This document shows, one piece after another, positions 51,341 through 59,675 of a DNA stretch of 64,000 bases. How positions within the stretch are numbered: the first letter of the stretch is position 1; the number at the start of each line of letters is the position of its first letter. Source of the stretch: Gammaproteobacteria bacterium (GTDB lineage Bacteria > Pseudomonadota > Gammaproteobacteria > GCA-001735895); NCBI GenBank assembly GCA_014382695.1, contig JACNJF010000142.1, positions 8,362 through 72,361 on the forward strand, given 5' to 3'. The translations under genes were made by a program, and so were the position numbers. A model generated the notes under the pieces. The model ran no database searches. It saw only the letters and a program-made list of their open reading frames with translations, and was not told the origin of the DNA.

Positions 51341-51682
51341 TTATTTTGAGATCAGCAGATACTTGCCCCAGCAGTAACTGGAACTGCTCGAATACATGAT
51401 ATTCACCGCATGTCCGGCGGAAAATGCGACCAGAGCGGTCGATAGCAGGGACCTGGCCCCGGCGTCGGTTACTCCATTCTGGTTCGGATATATCAGTAGT
51501 GTGCTGTTGCCTGAATAGTTGCATTGCGGACTGATTTCGCTATCCAGATTGAGCATAAAGCCGCCGTTGTTCAGCACCTGGACGGAGAGTATCTGCTTTA
51601 CTCCTGTCCATAGATCTTCGGCCAGTAGGTTTGAAGTGCTTATTAACAGGCTGGTGCACACGAGCCATTTGACTATTTTCAT
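51341..51682 (-). CDS. small secreted protein, unknown
   Basis: 113 aa with a signal peptide (VCTSLLISTSNLLA/ED) and two Cys. No recognisable family. Confidence 0.4.
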   Translation of the reverse strand: MKIVKWLVCTSLLISTSNLLAEDLWTGVKQILSVQVLNNGGFMLNLDSEISPQCNYSGNSTLLIYPNQNGVTDAGARSLLSTALVAFSAGHAVNIMYSSSSSYCWGKYLLISK

Positions 51683-51850
51683 TGATTATTTCTCCGCTGA
51701 TCTGCAGATTTAACATGGCAGGCTTTTGTTTGTACAGCTTTAGTTCATGCCGCACGTTTCTGCGCAGCACTTGATAACCCGTCCCATTTACGCCTATGCG
51801 AACTACCGAAAGCTGGAACCAGTGCCTGCGCAATGGAAATTTCTGTGGGC

Positions 51851-51883
51851 ATAAAAAAAGGCCGGATATCGCTATCCGGCCTA
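51851..51883 (-). terminator. rho-independent terminator after the OmpA-TSP3 gene
   Basis: ggccggata-tcgc-tatccggcc perfect hairpin, with a T-run on the minus strand. Confidence 0.65.
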
Positions 51884-51925
51884 AACATACTGCAGGGCGC
51901 AGTGATGTTCTGGTCAATACTTTTT

Positions 51926-52933
51926 TTATTTTAAGTTCAGTTCTACCCGACGGTTAGCGCTGCGGCCTGTACCTGTGTCATTCGATGCGACGGGCTTGTC
52001 CGGGCCATAGCCACGTGCGGTCAGACGATTAGCGGCTACACCACTATTGATCAGATACTGGCGAACACTGTCGGCACGGCTTTTTGACAGCCTGACATTA
52101 GCCTCGTAGTTACCGCTACTGTCGGTATGACCGGCGACTTCGAATTTCAGGTGTGGGTTATCGTTTAAGGTTTTAGCTACATTATCCAGTGTGTTACGAC
52201 TGTTGGCGTTAATCACCTCAGTACCGGTGTTGAACTGTACGTTATCGAGTCTGATATCTGCAGTCAGTTTACAGCCACGCTTATCCACCACCGTACCGGA
52301 AGCGGTTCCTGGGCAGGCATCATTGATGTTTGCGATACCGTCTTTGTCGTCGTCTTTGTTAACATCACAACCCTGAGCATCTACTTTGGTGCCTGCAGGT
52401 GTTGCGGGGCATTTGTCACTGCTGTCGGCAACGCCATCACGGTCTGAATCTTTCGCACAGCCACTCGCATCGACGCTGATACCGGCTGCGGTTCCAGGGC
52501 ATTTATCGTTGCTATCGGCAACGCCATCGCGGTCAGAGTCTTGCGGGCAACCGTTGGCATCAACTTTGATTCCGGTTGCGGTTCCGGGGCACTTGTCGCT
52601 GCTGTCAGCAATCCCATCCATATCTGAATCTATGGCACAACCTTTGGCGTCAACCGGGGTTCCTGCCATAGTGCCGGGGCATTTATCCATCGCATCAGCC
52701 ACACCATCTTTGTCTGCATCGGCCATCTCTTTCTTCATGCTTGCATCGCAGCCTTGCATCGCTGTGCTGGCCATTCCGCTAGTGGCTTTCCAGCATTCGC
52801 CATAACCCGTACGGACTACGTTGTTAGCAGAGTCACCCCAGTAAGTCTGTTCTGTGGCGGCCTGCAATGGCAGGTTGATTGCTGTTGTCAGCAGTACCAG
52901 TGAAGCTAATGTATTTTTGTTTATCATGAGCAT
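51926..52933 (-). CDS. OmpA-family protein with thrombospondin type-3 (calcium-binding) repeats
   Basis: Signal peptide; about five DxDxDGxxDxxDxCPxT repeats; C-terminal OmpA domain (NRRVEL). Confidence 0.85.
   Translation of the reverse strand: MLMINKNTLASLVLLTTAINLPLQAATEQTYWGDSANNVVRTGYGECWKATSGMASTAMQGCDASMKKEMADADKDGVADAMDKCPGTMAGTPVDAKGCAIDSDMDGIADSSDKCPGTATGIKVDANGCPQDSDRDGVADSNDKCPGTAAGISVDASGCAKDSDRDGVADSSDKCPATPAGTKVDAQGCDVNKDDDKDGIANINDACPGTASGTVVDKRGCKLTADIRLDNVQFNTGTEVINANSRNTLDNVAKTLNDNPHLKFEVAGHTDSSGNYEANVRLSKSRADSVRQYLINSGVAANRLTARGYGPDKPVASNDTGTGRSANRRVELNLK
52230..52720. repeat. in-frame tandem DNA repeats encoding TSP3 units
   Basis: Recurrent gcggttccggggcacttgtcgctgctgtcagcaa-like units. 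These also generate spurious ORFs on both strands. Confidence 0.7.
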
Positions 52934-53311
52934 TTTCCTTTCATTAAAGAGTTACAGTTTAAAAATGGTAAGCATCAACCGGGTTCGAGTTTCAAACGGA
53001 TCGACAAGCCAGTCGCTGCTGTTGTTGAATAAGTATAGGCATTAAGTTTCAATATTAAACCTTTGAAATGTTAACCATTGTTAAACATGTCTGATTGAGG
53101 TCGATGGACGAGGTCATGACATACTGGCGCAGGGCACCATCGAAAATGAAAAAACAATGGATCTGATCAATTTTTGTACGCGTGGCAATCGCCAGCAGTA
53201 TGTTAATCTTTAGGAACTAAAAATTTACATTTGTTAACCATGTTGAGTCTTTATTGCAAGGCTATGTATGGCATCATTAATTCGAATATGAACGGCTATG
53301 AGGACTTTATT

Positions 53312-54031
53312 GTGCATATTGGATTACTCGAAGATGACCTGAATCAAATTGAACTGATCAGTCTGTGGGCTAGTGAAGCCGGCGATCAACTGCAGTCGTA
53401 TACTACCGGGAAAAGTTTTCGCGCGGCGATGGATACGGAAAACTTTGATCTGCTGGTACTGGACTGGCATCTACCGGACACTACCGGTATCGATGAGCTG
53501 GACTGGTTACGCGGTGAGAAGGCCTGCCGTATTCCGATCATCTTTATCACCAGTCGTGACAGTGAAGAAAGTGTGGTGGAAGCGCTCGATCATGGCGCGG
53601 ATGATTATATGGTCAAACCGGTCAATAAAGCGGTCACGGTGGCGCGCATTAAGGCTTTACAGCGGCGCAACCAGCTTGGCGATTCAGCCAGCACTGAACG
53701 TGCAATACCTGCGGTTGCCGATATAGAATCTTTTGAGCCTTATCTGGTGAATGAGCTGGAACATAGTATTTCGGTGCAGGGCGAAGCGGTACGCCTGACG
53801 CATAAGGAGTTTGAACTGGCGGCCTATCTTTTTCGGAATGCGGGTTGTCTGGTCTCGCGCGAAACGCTGATGGAAAGGATCTGGGGCACGCGCGCCGATC
53901 TGAATACACGCACGGTCGATACCCACGTCAGTCGGATACGATCAAAACTAGATATTAACCCGGCGTTTGGCTGGCAGCTCAGCAGTATCTATCAGCGTGG
54001 TTACCGGCTGTTCCGGGTCACCAGAGACTAA
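53312..54031 (+). CDS. OmpR-family response regulator (REC + winged helix)
   Basis: HIGLLEDD...D and a C-terminal trans_reg_C. GTG start at 53312 preferred because of the GAGGA Shine-Dalgarno 7 nt upstream; ORF-track TTG at 53231 is an alternative. Confidence 0.8.
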   Translation: MHIGLLEDDLNQIELISLWASEAGDQLQSYTTGKSFRAAMDTENFDLLVLDWHLPDTTGIDELDWLRGEKACRIPIIFITSRDSEESVVEALDHGADDYMVKPVNKAVTVARIKALQRRNQLGDSASTERAIPAVADIESFEPYLVNELEHSISVQGEAVRLTHKEFELAAYLFRNAGCLVSRETLMERIWGTRADLNTRTVDTHVSRIRSKLDINPAFGWQLSSIYQRGYRLFRVTRD

Positions 54032-54034
54032 GCC

Positions 54035-55123
54035 ATGGGACGTCTGTCCGCATTATGTTGCGTGCTACTCGCGCTCCATTTTCCAGTACTGCTGGCGGCC
54101 CAGCAGGAAGCCTGGGAATATACCTTCAGGCCTGGAGACAGTCTGTGGAAAATCGCCGAAAAATATACCACCTCGGCCAGTAACTGGGTTGAAATTCAGC
54201 AATTAAACAGCGACCGGCTGGGGCCAAATCGAAAAATATTGCCGGGTACACGGATCGAAATCCCGCTTGCCATGCTGAAAAGTCAACCAACCCCAGCCCG
54301 GGTGATTGCGCTGAATGGTGGTGGCAGTCTGGTTCGGGCGAATGGTGAGCAGGAAGCGTTAACGCTGGATACTAAAATATATAGTGGTGATCGCGTGATG
54401 ACTGCAGTTGGTCAGAATTTGCGAATCCAGTTTGCCGACAAATCCGAGTTGCAGGTATTGGCAGAAACGGAAGTGGTATTCGACCGGCTCAGTCATCATC
54501 AGCAAAGTGGCATGGTGGATACCCGCATCAGACTCAATTCTGGGCGACTGAATACGCGGGTTAACCGCCTGAGTGATGACAGTCGCTATGAAATCAGAAC
54601 TCCGGCGGCGATCACGGCCGTTAGAGGCACCGGTTTCAGGCTCTCATCCGATAGCAGTCAGGTTACCCGCACCGAAGTATCCGAGGGACGCGTGGCAGTG
54701 GCTGCGGGTGGGGTCGAAAAAGCGCTCAGCGCCGGGTATGGAATACTGGCTGAAGAAGGCAAGCCCCTGTCAGAACCAGTCAGGCTGTTAGCGGCTCCCG
54801 TCATTAGTGCACATCGGGAGGTTGATAGAGGCTCTCTGCAGTTTGGCTGGAGTGCACTGGACGGCGCCGAATATTACCGTTACCAGCTAGCTCAGGATCA
54901 GGCGTTTAACCAGATAACGCGGGATAATACAGTTCCGCAGAACACTGTTATACTGAGTGACCTGCAACCCGGTTCTTACTATCTGCGCGTGCGCGGGGTG
55001 GATCGACTGAAGCTGGAAGGTGCCAATGCCAGCCTCGACTTCAGGGTTCAGCAGCCAGTGCAGGAACCCGAGCCGAACAGAAAAATAACTATGCCGATTG
55101 GAGTTTTATTGCTCATCCCGTGA
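54035..55123 (+). CDS. LysM + FecR-domain periplasmic protein
   Basis: Signal peptide, a LysM motif (YTFRPGDSLWKIAEKY) and a FecR-like beta-sandwich. Confidence 0.7.
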   Translation: MGRLSALCCVLLALHFPVLLAAQQEAWEYTFRPGDSLWKIAEKYTTSASNWVEIQQLNSDRLGPNRKILPGTRIEIPLAMLKSQPTPARVIALNGGGSLVRANGEQEALTLDTKIYSGDRVMTAVGQNLRIQFADKSELQVLAETEVVFDRLSHHQQSGMVDTRIRLNSGRLNTRVNRLSDDSRYEIRTPAAITAVRGTGFRLSSDSSQVTRTEVSEGRVAVAAGGVEKALSAGYGILAEEGKPLSEPVRLLAAPVISAHREVDRGSLQFGWSALDGAEYYRYQLAQDQAFNQITRDNTVPQNTVILSDLQPGSYYLRVRGVDRLKLEGANASLDFRVQQPVQEPEPNRKITMPIGVLLLIP

Positions 55124-57765
55124 AATGGATTAAGACCAAGACCAGCGTTGGCACCATCGAACATTTCCTGCTGATCATTATCCTGTCGCTGACGGCAGCC
55201 CTGTTCGCGCAGAATAAAGTGCTCTGGCGCTGGGATCATCTGCTGTATGACGCCCAGCTATCGTTATGGAGTCGAACCGTTGCGGATGACATCATCATCA
55301 TTGCGATAGACGATGAAAGCCTGAATACCCTGGGGCGCTGGCCCTGGCCTCGATCGATCCATGCCCAACTGATCGAGCAACTGACGCGCGAGTCAGCGCG
55401 TGCTATCGGGCTGGATATTGTTTTCAGTGAGCCAGATCTGGATAACCCGGAGTCCGATCAGTTACTGGCGCGCGCCATGCAGAACAGTGGCAAGGTGGTA
55501 TTGCCGGTTTTCATGTCACAACAGAATCTGCACTCCTACCCGCTCGAAGCCCTGCCGTTGCCGCTGTTTAGTAATTCAGCGGCGGCGCTCGGGCATGTGC
55601 ATATCGATATCAGTGAAGATGGTATTGCGCGCAGGATTTATCTACAGGAAGGCATCGGCAAACCACACTGGAACCATTACAGTCTGGCATTGATGAGTGT
55701 TTCCGGTGAAACGATTGCTATTGAGAAACGTCTGCAAACGGGCGGGCAGAACAAGCAATATTCACCGATGCAATGGTCCAGACAGTTTCCCTATCTGATT
55801 CCCTACGCCGGGCCAGCCGGACATTTTCAGCAAATCGGCTACTCGCAGGTGCTGGCCGGGCAATATTCGAAAGATCTGTTTCGCGATAAAATTGTGCTGA
55901 TTGGTACCACTGCGGAAGGTATAGGCGACGCGCTGCCAACACCTCTGTCGGGAGACGGAGGCATCATGCCCGGGGTAGAAATCGTTGCCAACGTGATCGA
56001 TGCGATACGTAACGACCTGTCTATTCATCCACTGGACAATCACTGGCTGGTAATGATCACTGCGCTGATGGTGGCTTTGCCCCTGCTGATCTATCCGGTG
56101 CTCAATCCCGGTAGTACCCTGCTGGCGCTGTTTGGCATCGCCGGTGCTAGCCTGGTTGTGGTGGCGCTGCTGTTATGGCTGTTCGGAATATGGCTGCCGA
56201 TTTCCACTCTGTTACTGTTCCAGTTTATCAGTTATCCGCTGTGGAGCTGGCGTCGGCTGGAGATTGCGATGCGGCATATCAATACCGAGCTGAATCAGCT
56301 TGCGCGGCGTCATCAGGCGTTGAGTCTGCGCAGGGAAAGAAAGATTGAGGATGATATCCGCTTTATCTCACAGTTTATTCCGCTCAGTGGCTGGGTATTA
56401 CAGAACCTGAACGGAGATAATCTGCTAGCCCATGGAAAAGTGCCAGAGTACAGACAGAATCATTTAGAGCCGGGTGTTTGGAATGCTGATGGCGGCACCC
56501 ACTGGGCACTGACCCGTTATCAGAATAAACCCTGTCGGCTGGGTCTCAGTGCTGATCTGGAGCGGGACATGACAGCCGCTGAAATGCGGTTACTGGACGG
56601 CCTGATCGATGCACCTTTAGTACTGGATCAAGGTCAAAGTGCCTATGTAGAAGATCTGTTGCAGACGAAAATTAAAATACTACAGGCTGCCGGCCGTGAG
56701 TATGAAGAATTACGTGCCATCATCGATGACAGCCTTGCGGCAATGGCGGATGGTGTACTGATCTGCAGCAGCCGGGGGCAGGTGATGTTATCCAATCGCC
56801 GCGCAGGCTGGTATCTGTATGCTGACGATGATGCAAAAATCAACGGGCAAATGTTGAATCATGTGTTACAGCATTTGCATTTACAGGATAGAACCGGCTG
56901 GAACGAACTGTTACAGGCGGTACTGTTCGAACGTAAGCGTGTTCTCACCCATGTGCGTCATGAGTCCGGCCGCGAGTTGATGGTCGAGTTTAGTCCGCTG
57001 CGTATCATCGGCGACCGTTTCGATGGCATTGTGGTGAACCTGTCCGATGTCAGCCTGCTCAAAGCGAGTGAAAAGAAACGTAACGAAGTGCTCGACTTTC
57101 TGTCGCATGATCTACGCTCTCCACTGTCATCGATGCTGGCGATGATAGAGATTTCCAGAACCAAATCGAGTCTCGATGAAATGCTGGAGATGCTGGGTGT
57201 TATGGAAAAAAACACCTATAAAGTGCTGCATCTGGCAGAACAGTTTTTGAATCTATCGCGCGCCAACACCAGCGCGCCGGTCAAGTTCTACGATATAGAT
57301 TTTAATACGGTGGTACTCAATGCGCTGGATCAGTTATGGGCTCTTTCTCATAAAATGAACGTGACGATTAAGCATCAGTTTGAGCAGGAAGAGTGCTGGA
57401 CCCACGCAGAGGCTGATTTGCTGGAGCGCGCGATTGTTAATCTGCTGTCGAATGCAATTAAATATAGTGAAGCCGGTTCCACGGTGCATGTCAGCGTGTC
57501 CCAGTCTGAGCAGGAAATCCACTGTTGTGTGATCGATCAGGGTTGTGGGATTTCTGCGGCCGAAATGCCGCATCTGTTTGAAATGTTCAGACGCTCGCAG
57601 GGTGCCGGGGTTGAACGGATTCAGGGTGTCGGGCTAGGTCTGGCCTTTGTCGATGCGGTGGCGCGGCGCCACTCAGGGACAGTGGAAGTCGAGAGTCAGC
57701 CAGGTGCAGGCTCAAAATTCTGTCTGAAGATCCCTCGAATAGATCCGGCAGGCGAATTCGAATAA
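55120..57765 (+). CDS. CHASE2-domain sensor histidine kinase
   Basis: N-terminal TM, periplasmic CHASE2-type domain, three C-terminal TMs, PAS, HisKA (SHDLRSPL) and HATPase_c. 4-bp overlap with the FecR gene. Confidence 0.85.
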   Translation: MKWIKTKTSVGTIEHFLLIIILSLTAALFAQNKVLWRWDHLLYDAQLSLWSRTVADDIIIIAIDDESLNTLGRWPWPRSIHAQLIEQLTRESARAIGLDIVFSEPDLDNPESDQLLARAMQNSGKVVLPVFMSQQNLHSYPLEALPLPLFSNSAAALGHVHIDISEDGIARRIYLQEGIGKPHWNHYSLALMSVSGETIAIEKRLQTGGQNKQYSPMQWSRQFPYLIPYAGPAGHFQQIGYSQVLAGQYSKDLFRDKIVLIGTTAEGIGDALPTPLSGDGGIMPGVEIVANVIDAIRNDLSIHPLDNHWLVMITALMVALPLLIYPVLNPGSTLLALFGIAGASLVVVALLLWLFGIWLPISTLLLFQFISYPLWSWRRLEIAMRHINTELNQLARRHQALSLRRERKIEDDIRFISQFIPLSGWVLQNLNGDNLLAHGKVPEYRQNHLEPGVWNADGGTHWALTRYQNKPCRLGLSADLERDMTAAEMRLLDGLIDAPLVLDQGQSAYVEDLLQTKIKILQAAGREYEELRAIIDDSLAAMADGVLICSSRGQVMLSNRRAGWYLYADDDAKINGQMLNHVLQHLHLQDRTGWNELLQAVLFERKRVLTHVRHESGRELMVEFSPLRIIGDRFDGIVVNLSDVSLLKASEKKRNEVLDFLSHDLRSPLSSMLAMIEISRTKSSLDEMLEMLGVMEKNTYKVLHLAEQFLNLSRANTSAPVKFYDIDFNTVVLNALDQLWALSHKMNVTIKHQFEQEECWTHAEADLLERAIVNLLSNAIKYSEAGSTVHVSVSQSEQEIHCCVIDQGCGISAAEMPHLFEMFRRSQGAGVERIQGVGLGLAFVDAVARRHSGTVEVESQPGAGSKFCLKIPRIDPAGEFE

Positions 57766-57935
57766 AAAACGGGCCAGCCTCAACACTCCAGTTTTATCTT
57801 CCTTCATCAATTGTTAGCAATTGTTAATTATGCCCTGATGGCGTTGCCTATCCAGAGTGTCTTTCCTATAGTGATTGCGTAACGAAAATATTTTTAACGA
57901 TGAAATTCAATTTACCCGTCGGGGGCACATATCAA

Positions 57936-58310
57936 ATGGAAATAATTAAACAACTGTTTGAAGAACATGGCAGTGAGTTAACACAGAAGCTGGAGGCTAC
58001 AGGTTTTTCTACGGAGCAGGCAGGAAAATTTTTACCACAGGCTGCATCGAGTTTTGCAGAGTCAGCCCAGAGTGCGGATTTAGGGGCGGTGATTAGCAGT
58101 CTGTCTGCCGGCACTGGCGAGCATTTTAATATTGAAGTCATTGCGCAGAAGCTGGGGATGAACTCCGATATGATCAGCGCAGGCATAAGCGCGATCGCGC
58201 CGGTGTTTTTACCGCATCTGATGCATAAAAATGCCGGTGTCGCAGGTACTATTGCTGGCCTGGCATCGAACGGAAGTCTGTTCAATGCAGCGAAAAAACT
58301 ATTTAGTTAA
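57936..58310 (+). CDS. hypothetical Ala/Gly/Ser-rich small protein
   Basis: ORF with an internal Met start; no recognisable motif. Confidence 0.35.
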   Translation: MEIIKQLFEEHGSELTQKLEATGFSTEQAGKFLPQAASSFAESAQSADLGAVISSLSAGTGEHFNIEVIAQKLGMNSDMISAGISAIAPVFLPHLMHKNAGVAGTIAGLASNGSLFNAAKKLFS

Positions 58311-58344
58311 TCACCTTGAAATCAATAATCTGAGAGAAATTAAC

Positions 58345-58752
58345 ATGTCCAAAAGTATAAAAGATATAGAAGGAATCGGTCCGAAATATGCGGAGTTGCT
58401 TAAGCAGGCAGGCATCTCGACTACAGAGAAACTACTGGAAGCAGGCTCCACCCGTGCAGGACGCAAGGCACTGGCAGAAAAAACTGCGATTAGTGAAAAA
58501 ATGATTTTAACCTGGGTCAATATGAGTGATCTGTTCCGCATCAATGGTATTGCCGGTCAGTTCGCCGAATTGCTGGAAGGTGCCGGCGTTGACACGGTTA
58601 AGGAATTACGCAATCGCAATGCAGAAAACCTGGTTACTAAAATGGCAGAAGTGAATAATGAGAAAAAGCTGTGTAAAGTTTCGCCCGGCCTGACGGTAGT
58701 GATCAAGTGGATAGACCAGGCCAAAAATCTACCACCTATGGTGTCTTATTAA
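58345..58752 (+). CDS. DUF4332-like protein with tandem helix-hairpin-helix motifs
   Basis: Two repeats, IEGIGPKYAELLKQAGI and INGIAGQFAELLEGAGV; SD gagag upstream. Confidence 0.55.
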   Translation: MSKSIKDIEGIGPKYAELLKQAGISTTEKLLEAGSTRAGRKALAEKTAISEKMILTWVNMSDLFRINGIAGQFAELLEGAGVDTVKELRNRNAENLVTKMAEVNNEKKLCKVSPGLTVVIKWIDQAKNLPPMVSY

Positions 58753-58781
58753 AGGCAGGTTCTCTCTGAAAAATACCAGAT

Positions 58782-58806
58782 GAAGCCCGCTTCGGCGGGC
58801 TTTTTG
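58782..58806 (+). terminator. rho-independent terminator
   Basis: gaagcccgc-ttcg-gcgggcttttt. Confidence 0.65.
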
Positions 58807-58887
58807 ATGCACAGAAAAGGTGTGATAAGACGAACAAAGCTACTGGCTCAGCTAGAGAGTTAGGCTCCGACTGAACCAGCAGAGGAT

Positions 58888-59460
58888 TTAGAAGACCTCT
58901 TTGGAAACACTAAAGGCTCCACGAATCTGACCTTCACTATAGCCACGGGCCATATCCTGCGGATAATGCTGCTTGAGTGCGGCTTCAACCTCGGGTTTGA
59001 TTTCAGCGGCATGGCAATTAAGGCAGACCTTTTCTACGCCCTGAGCTTTCATAAAGCGATATTTCCCATCGACTATTTCAGCGAATGCCATTTTTTCAGC
59101 CGATTCGCCGGCCGCCTGGCGCTGGTCAAATTGCTCTAGTACTCTCTTTTCCCAGGCATCGGGCATGGCCGTTCTGTTATTGCGTGCCTTCAGGCTAACG
59201 CGGTTGACTGACCAGCCGGTATCCTTACTCAGTTTTTGAGCAATCGCAGGAGCCGCCTCAGAACAGACTGAAATAGCATGTACCGGGCCAGCACCTTTCA
59301 TTGCATCCTGTAACTGAGGTTTCAATGTGCCACCAAATTTTTGTACGATGCTGATCGCTTCCTGTTTTAACTGTTGCTCGTTATTTTCAGTGGCCATCAT
59401 GGATTGAGAAACAAACAGCAGACCAACGCTGCACAGGGTAGAAATGATTCTTTTTTGCAT
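58888..59460 (-). CDS. DUF3365 (Tll0287-like) periplasmic heme-c PAS-like protein
   Basis: Signal peptide, 190 aa, single CLNCH heme-attachment motif near the C-terminus. Confidence 0.6.
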   Translation of the reverse strand: MQKRIISTLCSVGLLFVSQSMMATENNEQQLKQEAISIVQKFGGTLKPQLQDAMKGAGPVHAISVCSEAAPAIAQKLSKDTGWSVNRVSLKARNNRTAMPDAWEKRVLEQFDQRQAAGESAEKMAFAEIVDGKYRFMKAQGVEKVCLNCHAAEIKPEVEAALKQHYPQDMARGYSEGQIRGAFSVSKEVF

Positions 59461-59675
59461 ACAATGTTTTCCTCAGTAGTTGAACTATACCCGCAGGATT
59501 ATATGCCTGTTTTATACAGATTCCGATAATCCAGATCATCGTTGATTGAAAATTTATCGACTCTTTCCTTGCATACTGTGAACTATGACATAAAGTCATT
59601 AACAGGAATGTGGACAATTAATCAGTTAGCCTGACAGTGTTTGTCGTGAAGCAGTTAAATAAATCGAGAATGTAG

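Noticed and set aside
52381-52805. Overlapping 78-aa and 139-aa ORFs on both strands
   Set aside because: They are artefacts of the tandem TSP3 repeat DNA inside the OmpA-family gene and have repetitive low-complexity translations.
53231-53311. TTG-initiated N-terminal extension of the response regulator
   Set aside because: The GAGGA Shine-Dalgarno sits 7 nt before the GTG at 53312, and the REC domain starts at HIGLLEDD.
57932-58285. 117-aa minus-strand ORF
   Set aside because: It is antisense to the plus-strand small-protein ORF and has no independent support.
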